In this document: positions 42,698-51,830 of the stretch, one piece after another
Numbering within the stretch: the first letter of the stretch is position 1
Layout of the letters: each line of letters begins with the position of its first letter
Source of the DNA: Alphaproteobacteria bacterium
GTDB lineage: Bacteria; Pseudomonadota; Alphaproteobacteria; CALKHQ01
Direction of reading: 5' to 3'
DNA: 64,000 nucleotides
Assembly (NCBI GenBank): GCA_965227515.1
Contig: CBDDFZ010000002.1
Coordinates: 1,120,001-1,184,000, forward strand
The notes under the pieces: model-generated
What the model was told of the DNA's origin: nothing
What the model saw: only the letters and a program-made list of their open reading frames with translations
Databases searched by the model: none
Position numbers and translations under genes: made by a program

Positions 42698-43633
42698 ATG
42701 TCCGCTGCCGAAAAGCGTAACATTGCCGGCGGTGGGTCCCACAGCATCCTGGTCGCCGACGGCCTGGACGAGGTCGCGCTGATCGACAGCGGCGGCGGGC
42801 GCAAGCTTGAGCGCCTTGGCGCCGTCACCGTCGACCGGCCGGAGCCGCAGGCGATGTGGCGCCGGGCGGCCGACGACGGCACGTGGGACGCCGCCGACGC
42901 CGTGTTCGCCGGCGATGACGAAGCCAATGACCAGGGGGCTGGGCAGGGGCGTTGGAAGCACAACGGCAAGCCCTCGCCGCCGTGGCCGGTTCAGCTGATG
43001 GGGCTCACCGCCGTCTGCCGGTTCACCAGCTTCCGCCATCTCGGCATTTTCCCCGAGCAGGTGCCGCACTGGCGCTGGATGGAACAACGCCTTCAAGGAA
43101 CCGGCGGCCGGCCGGCCGTGTTGAACCTGTTCGGCTACACCGGCATCGCCAGCCTGCTGGCGGCGCGGGCGGGCGCGCAGGTCACCCACGTCGACGCCTC
43201 CAAGAAAGCGGTGCAGTGGGCGCGCGAGAACCAGGGTGCCTCCGGGTTCGATGACCTGCCGATCCGCTGGATCGTCGACGATGCGCGCAAGTTCGCGGCG
43301 CGGGAGGTGCGGCGCGGGCGTCGCTACCAGGGCATCTTGATCGACCCGCCGAAGTTCGGGCGCGGCCCCAACGGCGAAGTGTGGGAGCTGTTCGACCACC
43401 TGCCGGCGCTGATCGCCGACTGCGCGGAGGTATTGGAGCGCGAGAACGCCTTCCTGATCCTGACCAGCTATGCGGTGCGCGCGTCGTTCCTGGCGTTCGA
43501 GGGACTGGTCCGCGAGGCGCTGGCCGGCCATGGCGGCGGCATCGACAGCGGCGAGCTTGCGGTGCGGGAGGCGTCCGCCGGCCGGCTGCTGCCGACGTCG
43601 ATGTTCGTGCGGTGGAACAGCACCAGTGCGTAG
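42698..43633 (+). CDS. Class I SAM-dependent methyltransferase (RlmI/RlmK-like)
   Basis: LNLFGYTG, HVDASKKA, DPPKFGRG. Confidence 0.85.
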   Translation: MSAAEKRNIAGGGSHSILVADGLDEVALIDSGGGRKLERLGAVTVDRPEPQAMWRRAADDGTWDAADAVFAGDDEANDQGAGQGRWKHNGKPSPPWPVQLMGLTAVCRFTSFRHLGIFPEQVPHWRWMEQRLQGTGGRPAVLNLFGYTGIASLLAARAGAQVTHVDASKKAVQWARENQGASGFDDLPIRWIVDDARKFAAREVRRGRRYQGILIDPPKFGRGPNGEVWELFDHLPALIADCAEVLERENAFLILTSYAVRASFLAFEGLVREALAGHGGGIDSGELAVREASAGRLLPTSMFVRWNSTSA

Positions 43634-43715
43634 CCCGGGTGAAGTGCAACGAAACCCGGGATTCGTGCCGCTGCATGTTCGGCCCCGGGTTGCGCTCCGC
43701 TCCACCCGGGCTACG
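43629..43715. repeat. GTAG-type REP doublet
   Basis: CGTAGCCCGGGTG...CACCCGGGCTACG; each half has its own CCCGGG stem. The left GTAG supplies the stop codon of the upstream gene. Confidence 0.8.
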
Positions 43716-43733
43716 GTGTCTGCGTCGTAGCTT

Positions 43734-44522
43734 ATGCACCCCGTCACCAGCCTGCAGAACCCGACGATCAAGCTCCTGCGCGGGCTCAGCCAGCGCAAGC
43801 TCAGGCGAAGAGCGAACCTGTTCCTGGCCGAGGGCGCCAAGGTGGTGGCGACTGCCCGCGACCGGGGCTGGACGCCGCAATACCTGGTCTGCGATGCGGG
43901 GACCGCCGAGCGCGGCATCGTCGCCGAACTGGCGGCCTGGGCGGAGGGGGCAGGCGCGCAATGCCTGGCGGTGCCGCGCGCGGTGCTCTCCACCCTCACC
44001 ACCAAGGACAACCCGCAGACAGTCGTGGCCGCCTTCCAGCCGCGTCATGCCGAGCTGCCGACGGACCCGCCGCCCGATGCGCTGTGGGCGGTGCTCGAGG
44101 GCATTTCCGACCCCGGCAATCTCGGCACCATCGTGCGCACGGTCGACGCGGTCGGCGGCGAGGGCGTGATCCTGGTCGGCGACTGCTGCGACCCCTATTC
44201 GCGCGAGGCGGTGCGCGCCTCCATGGGCTCGATCTTCGCGGTCCAGGTGGCGGCGTGCGACCGCGCCGCGTTCCTGGACTGGCGGGCCGGCTGGCCGGGC
44301 GAGGTCGTCGGCACCCACCTGGCGGCCACCGACAGCTTCAGCCGGGACTATCCGGGCCCGACCCTCATCGTCATGGGTGCGGAGGGGCCGGGCCTGTCGG
44401 ACGAGCTGGCGGCTGCCTGCTCCGCCCTGGTGCGAATCCCCATGGCGGGAGGCGCCGACAGCCTTAACCTGGCCGTCGCCACCGCCCTGATGCTCTACGA
44501 GGCGCGGCGAGGCAAGGTGTAG
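43734..44522 (+). CDS. TrmH/SpoU family RNA methyltransferase
   Basis: DPGNLGTIVRT, MGAEGPGL, IPMAGGADSLNLAVA. Confidence 0.92.
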   Translation: MHPVTSLQNPTIKLLRGLSQRKLRRRANLFLAEGAKVVATARDRGWTPQYLVCDAGTAERGIVAELAAWAEGAGAQCLAVPRAVLSTLTTKDNPQTVVAAFQPRHAELPTDPPPDALWAVLEGISDPGNLGTIVRTVDAVGGEGVILVGDCCDPYSREAVRASMGSIFAVQVAACDRAAFLDWRAGWPGEVVGTHLAATDSFSRDYPGPTLIVMGAEGPGLSDELAAACSALVRIPMAGGADSLNLAVATALMLYEARRGKV

Positions 44523-44539
44523 GCCCGAAATACCACTTC

Positions 44540-44665
44540 GTCATGCCCGCACTTGTTGCGGGCATCCACGAGATGGCCGCGCAGCGGCCAATTTAAGACG
44601 TGGATGCGCCCTCGGGCTCGGCCGAAGGCCGACCCAAGGACAGGCTCCTCAAGTCCGCGCATGAC
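44540..44665. repeat. GTCATG-type REP doublet with interrupted right arm
   Basis: Left arm GTCATGCCCGCACTTGTTGCGGGCATCCAC; right arm GTGGATGCGC...CAAGTCCGCGCATGAC is split by an extra hairpin. Confidence 0.7.
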
Positions 44666-44689
44666 ACGGAGTGAGGGGGCAGCAGCGCG

Positions 44690-45877
44690 CTATGCCGGCA
44701 ATGTACCTGCCAGGTAGTCGATGGCGGCCTGGGCGCCGCCGCGGCCGTGGGCGATGCCGCAGGCCGTCAGCCCGATCTCGGTGGCGGCGAGCGTGCCCAG
44801 CACCATCGGCGCGTTGACGTAGCCCATGTGGGCGATGCGGAACGTCTCCTTGCCCAGTTCGCCGATGCCCGAGCCCAGCACCACACCGCAGGTCTCGTTG
44901 CAGTACTTGATCAGCTGCTTCGGGTCGTGGCCGCCGTCGAGCCGTACGGTTGTCACCGAGTCCGCGCGCTGTTCCGGATTTGCGATGTTGAAGCCGACGT
45001 GGCCGTTCTCGCTCCAGGCGCCGACGGCGCTGCGCACCGCTTCCGCCAGCAGGCGGTGGCGCGCGAAAACGGCGTCGAACCCCTCGGCGAACAGCATGTC
45101 GATGGCCTTCCTGAGCCCGAACAGCAGGTGCTCCGGCGGGGTGCCGCAGTATTTCTGGTAGTGCAGGGGGCCTTCGCGGGCGGTCCAGTCCCAATAGCTG
45201 GTGCGCAGGCCTGCGTGCTCGTGTGCGGCCTTCGCCTTGTCGTTGGCGGCGCAGAAGCTGAGCCCCGGCGGCGTCATCAGGCCCTTCTGCGCGCCGGCGA
45301 CGGTGACGTCGATACGCCACTCATCCATCCGATAGGGCATGGTCGCCAGCGAGGCGATGGTGTCGACCATCAGCAGCGCGTCATGGCCGGCGGCGTCGAT
45401 GGCGCGGCGGATTTCCGGCAGGTCGTTGACCACGCTGGTCATGGTGTCGACCTGCACCACCAGGATCGCCTTGATCCGGCCCTCTGTATCCTTGCGCAGC
45501 GCCTCCTCGACCGCGTTGGGGTCGACGGCGGAGCGCAGGTCGCGCGGCACGGTCTGCACGTCCAGCCCCAGCATCGCCGCCATCTCGCCCCAGCCGCGCG
45601 CGAACCGGCCGCTCTCCAGCACCAGCACCGTGTCGCCCTGGGAGAGCACGTTGGTCAGCGCCGCCTCCCACGCGCCATGGCCGTTGGCGGCGTAGATATA
45701 TGTCTTTCCCGTCGTGCCGATGATCCGCTTCATGTCATCGAGCAGCGAATAGGTCATCTCCTCCAGCGGCCCGCCGTAGATCTCCATCGGCTGGCGGTTC
45801 ATCGCCGCCAGCACCTCGTCGGGCACGGCGGTGGGACCGGGGATGCTCAGGAACTCACGGCCGAAACGCACGGACAT
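44690..45877 (-). CDS. Class V aminotransferase (serine/alanine-glyoxylate type)
   Basis: IPGPT, NGHGAWEAA, VDTIAS, AQKGLMTPPGL, FRIAHMG. Confidence 0.9.
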   Translation of the reverse strand: MSVRFGREFLSIPGPTAVPDEVLAAMNRQPMEIYGGPLEEMTYSLLDDMKRIIGTTGKTYIYAANGHGAWEAALTNVLSQGDTVLVLESGRFARGWGEMAAMLGLDVQTVPRDLRSAVDPNAVEEALRKDTEGRIKAILVVQVDTMTSVVNDLPEIRRAIDAAGHDALLMVDTIASLATMPYRMDEWRIDVTVAGAQKGLMTPPGLSFCAANDKAKAAHEHAGLRTSYWDWTAREGPLHYQKYCGTPPEHLLFGLRKAIDMLFAEGFDAVFARHRLLAEAVRSAVGAWSENGHVGFNIANPEQRADSVTTVRLDGGHDPKQLIKYCNETCGVVLGSGIGELGKETFRIAHMGYVNAPMVLGTLAATEIGLTACGIAHGRGGAQAAIDYLAGTLPA

Positions 45878-45890
45878 TGCAGGCTTCCTA

Positions 45891-46964
45891 TTAGGACTTG
45901 GATGGATCGAGGTCGAATGGCTCGCCGGTACGGATCGACCATTCGGCGGCCGCACCCATCATCACTGCCCGGCGCCCGTCGTCCACTGTGACCCGTGGTC
46001 GCCCACCGCCGCGCACCATGTCGGCGAAGGCCTGGTGCTGGAAATAGGTGGCGCCGTGGTGGTTGCCGGCCGCCATCACATCATGGTCGACGGGGATGGT
46101 GCGGGTGGTGCAGGCGCCGGTCTTGCGCTCGCCCAGGATCACCGTCGACGACGGCACGCCGCACTCCACCTTGCCGACGTCGCCGGTGGCGGCGATCTCC
46201 TGCTCGTCGCGCGAGCCTTCCGCGAACATGCACAGGTCCAGCATCGCACGCACGCCATTGGCGAAGTCCACCACCACGAAGGCGTTGTCGACGATATCCG
46301 GCACCTCGCCGTCATAGCGCTCGTCCAGGTGGTTCACGTCTTGCGCGCCGGAGGCATAGAGGCGGACCGGCTCGGCGCCGACGATCAGGCGCATCAGGTC
46401 GAAGAAGTGGCAGCACTTCTCCACCATGGTGCCGCCGGTGTTGCGCGCGAACCGGTTCCAGTCGCCGACTTTTTGCAGGAACGGGTAGCGGTGCTCGCGG
46501 ATCGCCAGCATGCGCAGGCGGCCGATGTCGCCGCCGCGCACATGGTCGATCAGGGCGGCGACCGGCGGCATGTAGCGGTACTCCATCGCCACCCACACTG
46601 GCGCCGGCGCGTTGGCCGCCAGGGCGACGATGCGGTCGCAGTCGGCCAAGGTGGTGCACATCGGCTTTTCGACCAGTACCGGCTTGCCGGCGGCGAGCAC
46701 ATCCTCCAGCACCGCCGCGTGGGTGTGGTTGGGTGCCGCGATGACGTAGGCGTCGGCGAGATCGGCCGACAACAGCTCGCCATGGTTGGTAAAGGCGCGA
46801 GTCTCGCCGCCGGCCAGCGTCGTTGCCTGGTGGCGCATGCCCTCGTCGGGGTCGGCCACCGCCGTCACCCGCGCACCGGGCAGCAGCGCCAGATTGCGGA
46901 TGTGCTCCTGGCCCATGTTGCCGGCGCCGATGATGGCGTAGCGAAGGGGTGCGGCGTCGGTCAT
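45891..46964 (-). CDS. Gfo/Idh/MocA family oxidoreductase
   Basis: IIGAGNMG, VEKPM, EKCCHFFD. Confidence 0.9.
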   Translation of the reverse strand: MTDAAPLRYAIIGAGNMGQEHIRNLALLPGARVTAVADPDEGMRHQATTLAGGETRAFTNHGELLSADLADAYVIAAPNHTHAAVLEDVLAAGKPVLVEKPMCTTLADCDRIVALAANAPAPVWVAMEYRYMPPVAALIDHVRGGDIGRLRMLAIREHRYPFLQKVGDWNRFARNTGGTMVEKCCHFFDLMRLIVGAEPVRLYASGAQDVNHLDERYDGEVPDIVDNAFVVVDFANGVRAMLDLCMFAEGSRDEQEIAATGDVGKVECGVPSSTVILGERKTGACTTRTIPVDHDVMAAGNHHGATYFQHQAFADMVRGGGRPRVTVDDGRRAVMMGAAAEWSIRTGEPFDLDPSKS

Positions 46965-47046
46965 GCGGCCGTGGTCGTGTTGGTGTGTTTCCGAGGGGCC
47001 ATCTGCGCCATTCGGCCCCGGAAGTAAAGCGGCGCGAGCGGACAGG

Positions 47047-47901
47047 TCAGACTTTCGCCTCGGTTTCTCGCGATGCGCCGTCGGGGGTTGGGCACAGGCG
47101 GTCGCCTGTCCGCTCAGCCTCGTGCACCCGTTCGGCCAGAACGCGGTAGTCGTCCAGCGACGTGCGGACGATGCCCTCGATCATCAATGCGTCGCGGGTG
47201 GAGGCATCGAGGTCGCGAATGGCGGCGGCTACCGCTGCGAAGATGACGTCAATGTCAGCGCGTTTAGGGCTGGACGCGGTGATCATCGGCAGGCCTGGTG
47301 TCGGCGGTGTCTGCGCCAGCACCCGCAGCTTGGCGGCTGCCGGCTCGTGCCGCACCCCGAGTGCCCAGGAGACGCAATCGATGGCGGCGACATCGGCCGA
47401 GCCGTCCGCCACCGCCTGGATCGACCCGCGATGCGCACCGGTGTGCACGCCTTCTGCGAACACAGGCCCGTCCTTGGCCAAGCGCTCCAGCACCGGCAGC
47501 AGTGCGGCATAGCCCGATTGCGAGCCAGTGTGGTTGTAGGCAAGGCGGCGGCCGGCGACGTCCTCTATGGCGGTCGCGGGGTCGTCGTCGCGGACCACCA
47601 CCATGCTGCAATAGGTGCCGGGTTCGCAGCCGGCGGCAGCGTATGTCGGCGTGCCGACGACTGCGACGTGGCGGTGCAGGCCTTGCGCCAGCGGCAGGCC
47701 GCAGGTCTGGCCCAGCAACAGGCGTTCCGAGCGCCACCCTGCATCCTCGTCGAGGGTGCGGTCCAGGCGATCCGGTGCGTCGATGCCAATCGCGTGCAAC
47801 CGCGTGGCGATCAGTTTCCAGAAGGTGTCGTGGGCGTCCCTGACCTCCGGCCAGTCGTACATCGGCAGCGCGGCGATGGCCGGACCCGTGTCGGCTTGCA
47901 T
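47047..47901 (-). CDS. PhnD-fold substrate-binding-like protein without a signal peptide
   Basis: LPMYD, LGQTCGLP, SQSGY, TGAHRGSIQAVADGSADVAAID; TGATG coupling to the upstream desaturase. Confidence 0.8.
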   Translation of the reverse strand: MQADTGPAIAALPMYDWPEVRDAHDTFWKLIATRLHAIGIDAPDRLDRTLDEDAGWRSERLLLGQTCGLPLAQGLHRHVAVVGTPTYAAAGCEPGTYCSMVVVRDDDPATAIEDVAGRRLAYNHTGSQSGYAALLPVLERLAKDGPVFAEGVHTGAHRGSIQAVADGSADVAAIDCVSWALGVRHEPAAAKLRVLAQTPPTPGLPMITASSPKRADIDVIFAAVAAAIRDLDASTRDALMIEGIVRTSLDDYRVLAERVHEAERTGDRLCPTPDGASRETEAKV

Positions 47902-48845
47902 CACCCGGCGGCGCAGTGCGGATGGACCACCGGTTCCTTGGCGCGCCACAGATGGCGCCGGGCCACCGCCCAATAGGACGGGTAGACGTAGCCGTCATTG
48001 CCGACGAGCACCTGTGCGCGATGGGCGCGATAGTGCGCCGGCAGCGCGTACCACGGCATGCGCGGGTGCGCGTGGTGCACCGCGTGCAAGTTGTTGTGCA
48101 GGTAAAGCCAGGCCAGTGGCCCGTTGCTTTCGACGATCACGGTCCGTGCTCCGTGACGGGGGTCGGCGCGGTGCTCCGCGTAGGAGCGCACCATCACCAG
48201 CGACATTGCCGCATAGGCACTGACAGCGTAGGCCCACGGCGGCACGCTGCCAACCAGCGCGATCGCCGTCACGACAGGGGCAAGGGCCGCTGCGTGGATG
48301 CCCCAGGCGGTCAGCGTGGCGCGGTCGCCGGCCAGCATCGCGCGCACCTCAACGGGATAGAAGCGGACCAGGAAGATCGCCGGACCCAGCGCCATCCGCC
48401 CGGCAAGCGTGTTACTGGCGCGATAGACCAGCCGGGCGAGCGCGCCGCAGCGATGCCAGTCCTGGGGCGCGAGATAGAAGCTCTCCGGATCGCGGGCCGG
48501 GTCGGTCAGGTCGCCGCACGCGTGGTGGCGCAGATGGATCGCGCGGTAGCGCCGATACGGCAGGAACAGCCCGAGCGGCACACCGGCGATCCATTCGTTC
48601 AGGCCGCGCCGCCGAAACGGGTGCCCGTGGATCGCCTCATGCTGCAGCGAGCTGTGCAGCGCGATGGAGATGGCGAGCAGCGGGACGGCCAACCAGACGC
48701 CGATCTGGCCGGAGAAGGCAACGATGCCCACCCACGCGGCATAGTTTGAAGCCAATAGCAGAATGGTGGGCCATTCGGGGCGGCGGGCTGCTCCCTCGCG
48801 GCTCGGGCGCGGCTGCGCGGCGGGCGTTATTCTCGAAAATGTCAT
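47901..48845 (-). CDS. Membrane di-iron fatty acid desaturase family protein
   Basis: His boxes QHEAIH, HLRHH and HNNLHAVHH, with hydrophobic segments. Confidence 0.88.
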   Translation of the reverse strand: MTFSRITPAAQPRPSREGAARRPEWPTILLLASNYAAWVGIVAFSGQIGVWLAVPLLAISIALHSSLQHEAIHGHPFRRRGLNEWIAGVPLGLFLPYRRYRAIHLRHHACGDLTDPARDPESFYLAPQDWHRCGALARLVYRASNTLAGRMALGPAIFLVRFYPVEVRAMLAGDRATLTAWGIHAAALAPVVTAIALVGSVPPWAYAVSAYAAMSLVMVRSYAEHRADPRHGARTVIVESNGPLAWLYLHNNLHAVHHAHPRMPWYALPAHYRAHRAQVLVGNDGYVYPSYWAVARRHLWRAKEPVVHPHCAAG

Positions 48846-49033
48846 TGGGCATCGCTGTCGTTCGTACTGACAGCAACTGACATTTTCGGCCCGCCGGATT
48901 GCAACTTGTTAATCTGCTATCGTTTGTGACATTTCGCGCCGGAAATACAGAAATCGTGATATTGCTGAGTTATTGGGATGTTTCACACGCATGATGTGAA
49001 TTCACAACGCCCTACATTTCATCGGGAGACGGC

Positions 49034-49912
49034 ATGGACGGCGCGACTTCCACGGACGATGGCAGCGGCGGCCGGATCGACAAGCGCGACCTTGCCAAGG
49101 TGTTCAAGGAGCGGCTGGCGACCCTGGTCGGCCGGCACGACGGCAACCTGTCGCGCTTTGCCGACCGCGCCGGTGTCGACCGCTCGGCGCTGAGCCAGTT
49201 CCTGGCCGAGGAGACCACTCGGTTGCCGCGTGCCGAGACCCTGGCCCGGATCGCGGCGGCCCATGGGGTCAGCCTGGACTGGCTGCTGGGACTGAGCCAG
49301 AGCGAGGCGGAACTGGCCGAGGTGGCGCCGACGCTGGAGTTCGAGCATTGGCACGGGCCGGGCGAGGACGCGCAGCTCGCGCGCTGGCACCGCGAGGCGC
49401 TGGGCTACAAGATCCGCTACGTCCCGGCCACGGTGCCCGACCTGCTGCGCCACGAGGATTTGACCGCCTACGAATTCCGTTTGGCGACGCCGGCGGAGCG
49501 GGAGTCGCAATCCACCCACGCGCGGCGGCAGCTCGACTATTCGCGCCGGCCGGAAACCGACATGGAAGTCTGCATGCCGATGCAGACCCTGGACCACATC
49601 GCGCGGGGCGAGGGCCAGTGGTCGGACCTGGATGCCGCCACCCGCCGCGCCCAGCTTGAGCTGATGGCCGGTCTGCTGGGCGACCTCTACCCGACGCTGC
49701 GTCTGTTTCTGTACGACGCGCGCAAGGTCTACTCCGCCGCCTACACCATTTTCGGGCCACTGCGCGCGGCGGTGTTCCTGGGCCGCGCCTACATCGTGGT
49801 CAACGCCGTCGAGCACATCCGCTCGCTGATCCAGCATTTCGACGACCTGATCCGCCATGCCGAGATCGGGCCGGACCGCACCGTCGACTACATCCGCAAG
49901 ACCTGGTTGTAG
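49034..49912 (+). CDS. XRE-family HTH regulator with large C-terminal domain
   Basis: FADRAGVDRSALSQFL...PRAETL...VSLDWLLG; divergent from the desaturase. Confidence 0.85.
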   Translation: MDGATSTDDGSGGRIDKRDLAKVFKERLATLVGRHDGNLSRFADRAGVDRSALSQFLAEETTRLPRAETLARIAAAHGVSLDWLLGLSQSEAELAEVAPTLEFEHWHGPGEDAQLARWHREALGYKIRYVPATVPDLLRHEDLTAYEFRLATPAERESQSTHARRQLDYSRRPETDMEVCMPMQTLDHIARGEGQWSDLDAATRRAQLELMAGLLGDLYPTLRLFLYDARKVYSAAYTIFGPLRAAVFLGRAYIVVNAVEHIRSLIQHFDDLIRHAEIGPDRTVDYIRKTWL

Positions 49913-50020
49913 GCGGTGCGGCGCGCCAGTCGCCGGCCCCTCTACACACACATGACGTCCTCGCCCTTTTAGCTGCGGTAATCGCACGCCTCAAAGCCAG
50001 TACTCTGACCACCAGACATC

Positions 50021-50194
50021 GTCGCCCTCGCGCTTGTCGCGAGGGCCCATTTGTGGGGCGGGCTGGAGCTATTTCGGGGGTGGCGCCCAGAGTCGGCCCA
50101 GCAAATTTGACGGTTGCCCACCAAGGCGGCAATTCTCCTCTACCCATTGGCGTATTGGACGAAAATGGGCCCTCGCCACAAGGGCGAGGGCATC
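50021..50194. repeat. REPIN/MITE-like element, family A, copy 2
   Basis: Arms GTCGCCCTCGCGCTTGTCGCGAGGGCCCAT and ATGGGCCCTCGCCACAAGGGCGAGGGC. Confidence 0.85.
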
Positions 50195-50218
50195 GAAGGC
50201 GGGGGTGAATGGCGCAGC

Positions 50219-51595
50219 CTAGCGGCTCGGGGTTACGTCGGTGCCCGGCTCCTGGGTTTCCTCGCGCTTGATCTCCTGGGCCAGCGCATCGGCGAACACC
50301 CGGCTGTCGGCCGCCATGCTGCCGCTGGGGAACGGATAGAGCGTCGGGTCGGAGTAGTAGAGCGCCCGGCTCTCCACCGCGAACACGTGCAACTCGCCAT
50401 CGACGTCGATGAGGAACGGCGAGCCGCTGTCGCCCGGCGTGGTGTCGCACTGGTGCAGCACGCCGCCATCCTGCAGGAACTCGACCACGCGGCAGCCGTA
50501 GTTGGCGGAAATCCGCCGGCGCGTGTCCCAGCTATAGCCGGCCTGCTGGACCAGCAAGCCTTCGCGCATCACAGCCGCTTCGTCGTCTGGCGTGATCACA
50601 TGCACCGGCACGGTGCCGGCGATATCGCCGATGTCGTCCTGCAGGATGACGAAGGCCCAGTCGTGACGGCCGCGGCCGACCGCATCGTTCTGGTGGATGT
50701 AGTCCGGGCTTACCACCACACGCACCGCGGGCGATCGCGCGACCTCGGTGTCGCCCGCGAAACCGGCGGCGAAGAAGCTCGGCACGTTGATGCGGTCGTC
50801 GTCGTCGATCACGCAGTGGGCGGCGGTCAGCACGATGTTGCGGTGGACCAGGGTGCCGCTGCAGCCGGGTGCCAGGAAGCCGACGGCGCTCCAGGGGTAG
50901 GTCGTGGAATCGGGGATGTAGCGGTCGTCGCGCCCGAAATAGTGATCGGGGTGCGCCGGCAGCCGCGCGCGCCCGACGCAGTCGGCGGTGTCGCTGCCGT
51001 CGTCGCACCGGCCGGTGCCGCCCGGCTCGTCGCAGATGCCGTCATAGGAGGTCAGGCAGGTGTTGTCGCGGTGGTAGAACTCGCCCAACAGGGCGCAGTC
51101 GGTGGCGTCGGTGCCGCGCGCGCACTGGTAGCGGTAGTCGCCGATGAACACCTCGTCGCACGAGCCGTTGTTGCCCATGGACGCGTCGTAGACAACGCCG
51201 TGCTCGTCGAACTGCAGCTCGCCGCCATAGACCACGGCGCAGTCGTCATTGGGGCCCTGGTAGGCGACGGCACAATCGTTGGCGTCGCTGCCATCGTCGC
51301 AGACCATGGAGCCGCCGAAGCTCACCTCGTCGCATTCGCCGTCGTTGAAGTAGCGGCACGTGCCGTCGGCGCGGTTGTCGGGCACTGCCTGGCGCACGCC
51401 GCTGCCGCCCGGATCGCGCTCCTGCACGAAGAAGCCGCCGCCCAGCAAGCACGCGCGCAGGGTATCGACCGACTGGCACATCAAGCCGTTCGTGCCAGTC
51501 GATGGGGCGACCGCATCCACCACTGGTTCGCTGGCCATCGCCACTGGCGCGCTGGCCACCCCCATGCCCAGCACTGCCAAAATTAACAGACGCAT
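50219..51595 (-). CDS. Secreted trypsin-like (V8-type) serine protease with Cys/Asp-rich repeats
   Basis: Signal peptide; CSGTLV...[20 protein letters not shown]; AGGAGG RBS. Confidence 0.85.
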   Translation of the reverse strand: MRLLILAVLGMGVASAPVAMASEPVVDAVAPSTGTNGLMCQSVDTLRACLLGGGFFVQERDPGGSGVRQAVPDNRADGTCRYFNDGECDEVSFGGSMVCDDGSDANDCAVAYQGPNDDCAVVYGGELQFDEHGVVYDASMGNNGSCDEVFIGDYRYQCARGTDATDCALLGEFYHRDNTCLTSYDGICDEPGGTGRCDDGSDTADCVGRARLPAHPDHYFGRDDRYIPDSTTYPWSAVGFLAPGCSGTLVHRNIVLTAAHCVIDDDDRINVPSFFAAGFAGDTEVARSPAVRVVVSPDYIHQNDAVGRGRHDWAFVILQDDIGDIAGTVPVHVITPDDEAAVMREGLLVQQAGYSWDTRRRISANYGCRVVEFLQDGGVLHQCDTTPGDSGSPFLIDVDGELHVFAVESRALYYSDPTLYPFPSGSMAADSRVFADALAQEIKREETQEPGTDVTPSR

Positions 51596-51830
51596 CAATC
51601 CCTCCTGTCGACAGTTGCGCCCTGCAGCCCTGCGTTTCGCGACCGCCCAATCTTTCGCAGTTTCCGCCTGTGTTCAACCGGTAACAGCCAGTTTCCTGGG
51701 GCTGCGGCGCCCGCACGGTTGCCAAACCGCGCGCATTGCTGGTACGCCCATGCCGCCGCGCGCCGTGGCGCAAGAAAAACCGCCGCATCCGTGGCGGCGC
51801 GGCAGGTTAGGGGCTGGGGAGGCCGGATCA

